A DNA stretch of 62,825 nucleotides, the filler included, from Stramenopiles sp. TOSAG23-3 (lineage: Eukaryota): the NCBI GenBank assembly GCA_900128585.1. It is 17 parts of 17 records of this genome, joined end to end, with 100 filler letters (N's around TTAATTAATTAA, not from the genome) between each part and the next. Parts side by side here need not be neighbours in the genome. Positions count along the whole stretch, not along the records: positions 55,572 to 59,150 come from LT644161.1; positions 59,251 to 62,825 come from LT644162.1; 15 more parts are not named here. One strand, written 5' to 3'. This document shows positions 56,994 to 62,825 of the stretch, one piece after another. Every line of letters begins with the position of its first letter. The first letter of the stretch is position 1. The translations under genes were made by a program, and so were the position numbers. The notes beneath the pieces are model-generated. The model saw nothing but the letters and a program-made list of their open reading frames with translations, ran no database searches and was not told the origin of the DNA.

Positions 56994-57634
56994 TCTGAGA
57001 TTGAAGCAATACAATCAAATATATGAATGTATCGATGCCCTGTGAACAAAGAAACAGAGTTTGGTTGGGCTAAATTGCGTATCGGGTTGGCACACAAATG
57101 AGCTGTATTGTTCTTCTGGGGCATTCGCTGACGATTTGCGCGATTGTAAATAATCCGCTGGCTGCCGTCGTCATCCATCTTTTCTTTATCTTCTATTTAT
57201 ATTAATAATAATATAATACCTTCATTTTTGTTTTTCCGTGCTGCTGCGTCGTCGTCTTCTCTGCGCTGCCATCTCATCATCATCAAATCCATCATTCTTC
57301 CTTCTCCGCCGCCGCGGTGGGTATTATAGTTAGACGACTACTACTGCAGATAATAAAAATAATATTACAATACATCATCATGATGATGGTGTGTGGTGTG
57401 TTTTGTTATTTATTATTAAATAATAATAATAATAAAAAATCCTTTTTTGACACTACTACAGACTATCTTACTGGAAAAGGAATTATTTTCTACATATTTT
57501 TACCGGTTTGCTGGCAATTAATGTTTCAGAGGGCTGGGGTGCATTTTCCTCCTAACGTTGCTATCGCCTTCGCTAAAACTTTGCACTTTCATACGTCCTC
57601 CTTCATACACTTTAATACACCCCCTGCGCCGTTT

Positions 57635-58696
57635 TCACGTCATTTTTTTTTTCTTTTTTGGGAATGGGCGGAGACCCAAATGCATTTCACTCAACTCTGT
57701 CAATGGTTTCCCCGCCTCTGCTGGATCGGTGTAGGGGGCCAACTTGGATTTAACAAGTTCGTACACTTCGGTCCTTTTTAAAGAAGAGTCCAATTTGACT
57801 AAATTCCCGTCGCTTTCGAAAATATTAACGGTGGGCATCGTCTCGTTTTTATATGTTTCGAACCTCTTTCTTAACGATTCAATATTGTCGTCTTTTCTTC
57901 CACTGTATTTTGCTCTTCCAAGTATTCGCTGCTCCAACACTGAGAGTGGGCATTCAAACAGCATCATAAAAATAACATTTGCATCGTCACCCATTACTTT
58001 CACCCAGCCTTCGTAATTATCAATCGAACGCGGAAAGCCGTCGATTAAGAAGTTTATATGGCCAGTCTCTTTTTGTATCTTGGACATCGCGCTTTTAATC
58101 AAGTTTACAGTAATTTCGACAGGAACGATTTTTCCTTCTGTTATGTAGTTGTTGATTAATTCGCCATTTTTTGAGTTAGGGTCGTTGCGTTCGGCACGCA
58201 ACAAATCCCCTGCACTCAAATGTTCCCATCCAAGTTGATTCTTTGCAAGGGAACACATGGTGCCTTTTCCAGCACCAGGTCCGCCCAAAACAAAGACAAC
58301 GTTTGGTTTTACTCTTGGGTCTGACTCGAACATTTCAATTTTTGGTGCAGGCGCAACACCTTTTTTGTAAACGTCCCAAGCGGTAGTAGTCGTCGGCAAC
58401 GCGTCGTCGTTCACAATAGTGTAGGCTAAGTGTCCGTCCAGTCTTGCGATTCTCCACGATTTGTACGAGTTACTGTACGATAATGAAGGGTTTCTAGCCG
58501 CCTTCCCGTCTGCGCGGTCCCACGCCATTTTACCATTCCAATAACCGATGGAAGATTTCGTGCCACTTTCAGACACTTTCTCCGGGGCCTCAGACGGCTT
58601 GTAAACACCGTCGCACTCGGGCAAGCCTGAACCAGTCACCCGGATCCACTTTGTATTCTTTGGTAACTCGCTCGTATTAGTTGTTAACGACGCCAT
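57635..58696 (-). CDS. CMPK1: UMP-CMP kinase (adenylate kinase family) with extra ~125-aa N-terminal domain
   Basis: VVFVLGGPGAGKGT, HLSAGDLLRAER, GKIVPVEIT, FLIDGFPR and SGRKDDNIESLRKRF. Confidence 0.88.
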   Translation of the reverse strand: MASLTTNTSELPKNTKWIRVTGSGLPECDGVYKPSEAPEKVSESGTKSSIGYWNGKMAWDRADGKAARNPSLSYSNSYKSWRIARLDGHLAYTIVNDDALPTTTTAWDVYKKGVAPAPKIEMFESDPRVKPNVVFVLGGPGAGKGTMCSLAKNQLGWEHLSAGDLLRAERNDPNSKNGELINNYITEGKIVPVEITVNLIKSAMSKIQKETGHINFLIDGFPRSIDNYEGWVKVMGDDANVIFMMLFECPLSVLEQRILGRAKYSGRKDDNIESLRKRFETYKNETMPTVNIFESDGNLVKLDSSLKRTEVYELVKSKLAPYTDPAEAGKPLTELSEMHLGLRPFPKKKKKMT

Positions 58697-59251
58697 GGGG
58701 TGTATATTGTGTGTGTGTTTGTTGGTGCTTTCTCTTTACAATTTTTTTGGCTCGTCTATTTAATATAAAGCGAGCAAATTTTGAAATCTATTAGACTCAG
58801 AAATGTATCCCTACTTATTTTACCCGGCCCCGTCCGCGCCTTGCCCTTCTTCTTCTTCTTTTTTTCTTCTTCTTTCTTCCTCAATAACACATATACCAAG
58901 GTATAATAATGTAAAAATTTATAGTCGGGTCTTTTTCCTCATCGTAATAGTTGTTGTTATTTTATTATTATAATTATTACACCACACACTACCACACCTC
59001 TTCTTTTTTTTAATACCTTACACAGTATTAAAATATGAAAGATATTCAGGAAGGAAGAAGAATTGGATATTTTTTTGTATCGCCTCCTTCTTCTCAAAGC
59101 TTTTTTTCTTCATCTTTCCATATATTAGTGTTAGGGTTAGTGTTAATGTTNNNNNNNNNNNNNNNNNNNNNNNNNNNNNNNNNNNNNNNNNNNNTTAATT
59201 AATTAANNNNNNNNNNNNNNNNNNNNNNNNNNNNNNNNNNNNNNNNNNNNT

Positions 59252-60226
59252 GGTTTGTGCGACGGCCAGGACACTGACGCGTCCGGGATGAACATGGATA
59301 TTTTGAGCAGTGCCTGCGATGGGACGGCCGCTGGAGACGAATGTGAAAACTTTAAATGCCATGACGGTTACGTTGGCGGGTCTATAACGTGCGACCTTGA
59401 CTCTGCGCGATTCAAAATTGTTCCGTGCGATGTTAAGCCTGTAGAAAATCCACAAAAAACAGTGAGGCAAACCATCACCCTTACCGGTGTGACCAGGGCA
59501 CAAGTGCAAAACAAACTTACGGCTATCAAGCAAGAGATTGCCGCGATACTTGGGATATCACATATGGATATCACAGTAACTTCCGTTTTGTCGTCTTACC
59601 GCAGGCGGTCGCTCATGGCGCTGGCATCGGTGCAGCTAAACTATCAGATCAACGTTAAGGATTCTAGGGCGGCTATTATCATGGAGACGAAAATGAAAGA
59701 TCCCGACTTTGCTGACAAATGCAATGGAGCCATTGCAAAAGAGCTGGGGATTGATCCGTCACAGATTACCGTATTAAGTTCTTCCCCTGAAACTGTCGCT
59801 TTCGTAGCAGTATCGGAAGACCCCGGCGGCATAGACAGGGAGGGCAAGCTCGTGGATGCAATTTACGTCATTGTTGGCATTGCCGGGCTTTTCTTATTGG
59901 CCCTTATCGGCGGGATTTACTTCTGCAAACCATTGAAACAAGCAAAAGATACAACCCTGGAAGAAATTGAAATGTCTGTTGGCATTGAAAATGTGTCGGT
60001 GGCACACTTTGGCACAGAAAATGTATCGGTCGCCCTGGTAAAAGCGAATTCGGACGTCGAGAACGACGGGGCTAGCCTTCTTCAAAGTACGGGGCAAATG
60101 AAAGTACCAGCAAAATCCCAGGGTCCAGGGTATGGTGAAGACGTTGAACTCGGCAAATCGAAATCTGAGATGGGGAGGGGGGATAACACTGCAAGGCAAA
60201 TAAAAACTGGCGTGGCATTTCTCTAA
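59252..60226 (+). CDS. Single-pass membrane protein C-terminus (Cys-rich module, SEA-like RRRSL domain, TM); 5' truncated
   Basis: CDGTAAGDEC..FKCHDGY module, ITVTSV..RRRSL...VQLNYQI and a TM (AIYVIVGIAGLFLLALIGGIYFC). Confidence 0.7.
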   Translation, partial: GLCDGQDTDASGMNMDILSSACDGTAAGDECENFKCHDGYVGGSITCDLDSARFKIVPCDVKPVENPQKTVRQTITLTGVTRAQVQNKLTAIKQEIAAILGISHMDITVTSVLSSYRRRSLMALASVQLNYQINVKDSRAAIIMETKMKDPDFADKCNGAIAKELGIDPSQITVLSSSPETVAFVAVSEDPGGIDREGKLVDAIYVIVGIAGLFLLALIGGIYFCKPLKQAKDTTLEEIEMSVGIENVSVAHFGTENVSVALVKANSDVENDGASLLQSTGQMKVPAKSQGPGYGEDVELGKSKSEMGRGDNTARQIKTGVAFL

Positions 60227-60802
60227 CCAAATATTTAGACTCTGAACACCTATTCATATTTCTTATACTAAAGTCATACTTAACTCTTAAAATCTAAAAT
60301 TCAGAGACTGTCATTAGGCAATGTAAGAAAGATCTCATCGTATTCCTATTACCGTATAGTCGTGTGACGTTTGAGAATGAATAGTATGGACTAGGATGAA
60401 ACCATAGAATATATAAATACGACCAGAATACGCACTGGAAAAAATACTTACATCGCAATAACCCTACTTTTAACCATATATGAAAACCATTACAGGTGGT
60501 GTGTCCGTTGAATCGCAGTACTATTATTATTAACTATTATTGTGATGAAGATAATTGTTGTTAACACCAATACTTATTATTAGTTATGTACGACAAGAGT
60601 ACATACACTTAGACTAATTATTCTTAATTTCTCTTCTTCATTATAATTTAGTTGTATGTACACTAACTATTATTATTATTATTTATTAATTTCTCTTCTT
60701 CTGTAGTTCGTACAGTATTTCTGTGATTGAACGACAAACTTTAATACCTTCACAAATGTAAGTCAATGCAAAGGGAATTTTGTTTGTTTCTTTGTTGGTA
60801 TC

Positions 60803-62725
60803 TTGATACACTTGATTTACTTTGTTTGTTGTTGTTTAGTTGATCTTTACATACAGTTCTCGATACGCTTGATCTATTTTGGTTTGACGTCCCCCCGTAC
60901 ACCTCGCGCCAAGCGGGGTAGGCCATCAAAAAACTCTGGTAATGGACAAAGAGGGAGACCAAAGAATAATAAGAAAAAAAATAAGCATGGAAGATATCGA
61001 AAGTATAATAATCACAGAAAGGGGCAGGAGGAATGGGGGAAAAAATGGGCTGAGAAAGCCCAGTCTATTTGCTCTGGGAAAGGCAGCGTGTTGTCATCCG
61101 ATGCAGGGAGGATATGCCTTCATTTTCTATTTATACATATGCAAATGAATAGTGACTTGAACTCATCTGAGTACTGGAACAATGATGTGCCCTACCTCCC
61201 AAAAAAAGCGATCGAGGAGACAATGCAAAAGTTGGGATTATCAGAAAGAAATATATTGCGATGGTGGAATACATATTGGAAAACTGGGGAAATATTTGAC
61301 GCAAATCAGCTGCTTAAAAAAAAACGCGCAAAGGCTGCTAGAGTGGTGCGCAAGGTTCCAGTATCTTATTATCCAGCAATAGAATGTGCACTGGATGAAT
61401 TGATAAAAGCAGAAGGGAGATCTTTAAAATTAGAGACTATGCGAAGAAAAATTTGTGAAGTTAGTGGAATCAGTTTAAGCCGAAAACATTGTTCTTTTTT
61501 CCTGAATACACTTGGGTATAAATATTCAAAAATAGATAAGGTTGTAGCTACAGGAGATAGACAGAGAGATGGTGCACTACGAGCATATTTGCAAGCATAT
61601 TCATTAGCATTGGAAAAAGAAGAACAGGGAGAAGCAATTATTGTTTATATGGACGAGAGTTATTGCCACGAGAACCATTCGGCTGCTCTTGCATGGCAAA
61701 GAAAAGATGGGGCAACACCAAAATTTCCTGCATCTAAAGGAAAAAGACTTATTATAGTTCATGCAATGACAAAGGATGGATTGTTGTATTTTGGAGAAGA
61801 AAATATACGAATTTGGTGGAAAGATGCACTTCTGTGGAAAAGTGAAAAAAAAGCATCTGCAGAGTTGATATACCCAGCTGGTACAAAAGGTACACCAGAG
61901 AAGGGCTGCCCTACCCGCGGTGACTATCATCTGAATATGGATGGTGAAATGTTTGAGAGCTGGGTAAAGCAGCGGCTTATACCAGCATTTGAGAAAAAAT
62001 ACCCCTCGAAAAAAATGGTTCTTGTACTAGACAATGCATCTTACCATCACTCAGGTAGACAGTTTTTTGAAAAGACTGCAACAAAGATAAATATGTACTC
62101 ATCAATGGATAAATTCAATATTGAGAAAATAAATGTCCCACGGTTAGGAACAATAAGACGGATTGCTCAATCAGATGGAGGAGAGAAAAAAACGCGCTAT
62201 GGTTATGAAGGTAAAACATTCAACCGCTATCCAGTTGGGCCAAGTAGAGAAGAGCTTCTCTTGGCAATGAAAACAGAGCTTCCAAAAAGTGTGTTCCGAA
62301 GTAACATTGAAAATATTTTTGAAGAACAGGGTTGGTCGGTTCTCTTCACTCCACCATATTGCCCAGATCTACAACCGATTGAGAAAGTATGGAGCCAATG
62401 CAAAGGCGTTGTTGGAAGAGAATGGAAACAACAGCGATCATTGAAGCAAACATTTAATCATTTAATGGTAGGTTTGTATGGTGGAAAAATTGGTGACAAT
62501 GTTTATTCTGGTGTAACTGCAGACAATTGTAAAAATTATGTTCAATTTTCAATTTCACGCGCAAATTCACGGGTTAAAAGGTTAGGTGCAACGGGCACAG
62601 TCACTGATGGTATAGTGTGGGGAGCGAATGCTTATTTTGGCAATGAAGATTATTTCCCTTTAATTGATGATGCCTTACAAAGTGAGGGAGAGAGTGATGA
62701 AGAAGACTGTTGGCGAATAGTGTAA
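60803..62725 (+). mobile_element. IS630-Tc1-mariner DDE transposase (Sailor-like, DD116E)
   Basis: IVYMDESY (D at 61652), KGKRLIIVHA, DYHLNMDGEMFESW, VLVLDNASYH (D at 62030) and FTPPYCPDLQPIEKVW (E at 62381). The ORF is uninterrupted, the first ATG is at 61139, and no TIRs were identified. Confidence 0.9.
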
Positions 62726-62825
62726 ATGATTTTAATTAAGATTAATTTTTTTTTGTAAAGAAAAAAAAATAACGCGAATTTATTTTCATACTATTTCTAT
62801 ATAGTATTCAGAATATAAATACTTT

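Noticed and set aside
56903-57178. 91-aa upstream ORF or extra exon of the cystathionine gamma-lyase gene
   Set aside because: No recognisable motif and no clear splice donor; cannot be supported.
59126-59150. Telomere (TTAGGG-like) at contig end; similar words at about 49034-49045 and 49193-49207
   Set aside because: Only one exact unit amid degenerate ones; too short to call.
3630-59250. Regularly spaced identical TTAATTAATTAA motif every ~3.7 kb (array, nanochromosome or gene-cluster reading)
   Set aside because: It is a synthetic linker flanked by N44 between size-sorted contigs. No cross-contig gene cluster can be inferred.
60226-62825. TIRs or a Fanzor/TnpB partner for the transposase
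   Set aside because: No convincing inverted pair (only a weak ATAGTATG / CATACTAT match at about 60381 and 62788), and no RuvC plus zinc-finger ORF on this contig.

Overview
This is not one locus. It is 17 unrelated contigs of about 3.6 kb, sorted by decreasing length (3629 to 3575 bp) and joined by artificial 100-nt linkers (N44-TTAATTAATTAA-N44), so adjacency across linkers has no meaning. The DNA is eukaryotic: nearly intron-free, GC-rich genes sit in very AT-rich, microsatellite-laden intergenic DNA. The gene set (TTLL glycylase-like, IQCH, ODF3/SHIPPO-repeat, dynein heavy chain, NDUFV2, NAGLU, CTL transporter, OSCA channel, vigilin-like KH protein, cystathionine gamma-lyase, UMP-CMP kinase, DinB) suggests a flagellated heterotrophic protist. 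A stramenopile single-cell or metagenome assembly is probable (inference). Most notable observations: (1) an apparently intact IS630-Tc1-mariner transposase with a very long DD116E spacing and AT-hooks; (2) a dispersed short inverted-repeat element (AAAACAAGAAAATTGGCTGTTATT) that recurs about 50-215 nt past stop codons on five different contigs; (3) a 111-bp perfect fold-back MITE-like element; (4) a polymorphic-membrane-protein-like adhesin with duplicated AT-rich cassettes in a GC-rich frame; (5) two dynein heavy chain segments fused in opposite orientation. All family calls come from motif recognition by eye; no searches were run.
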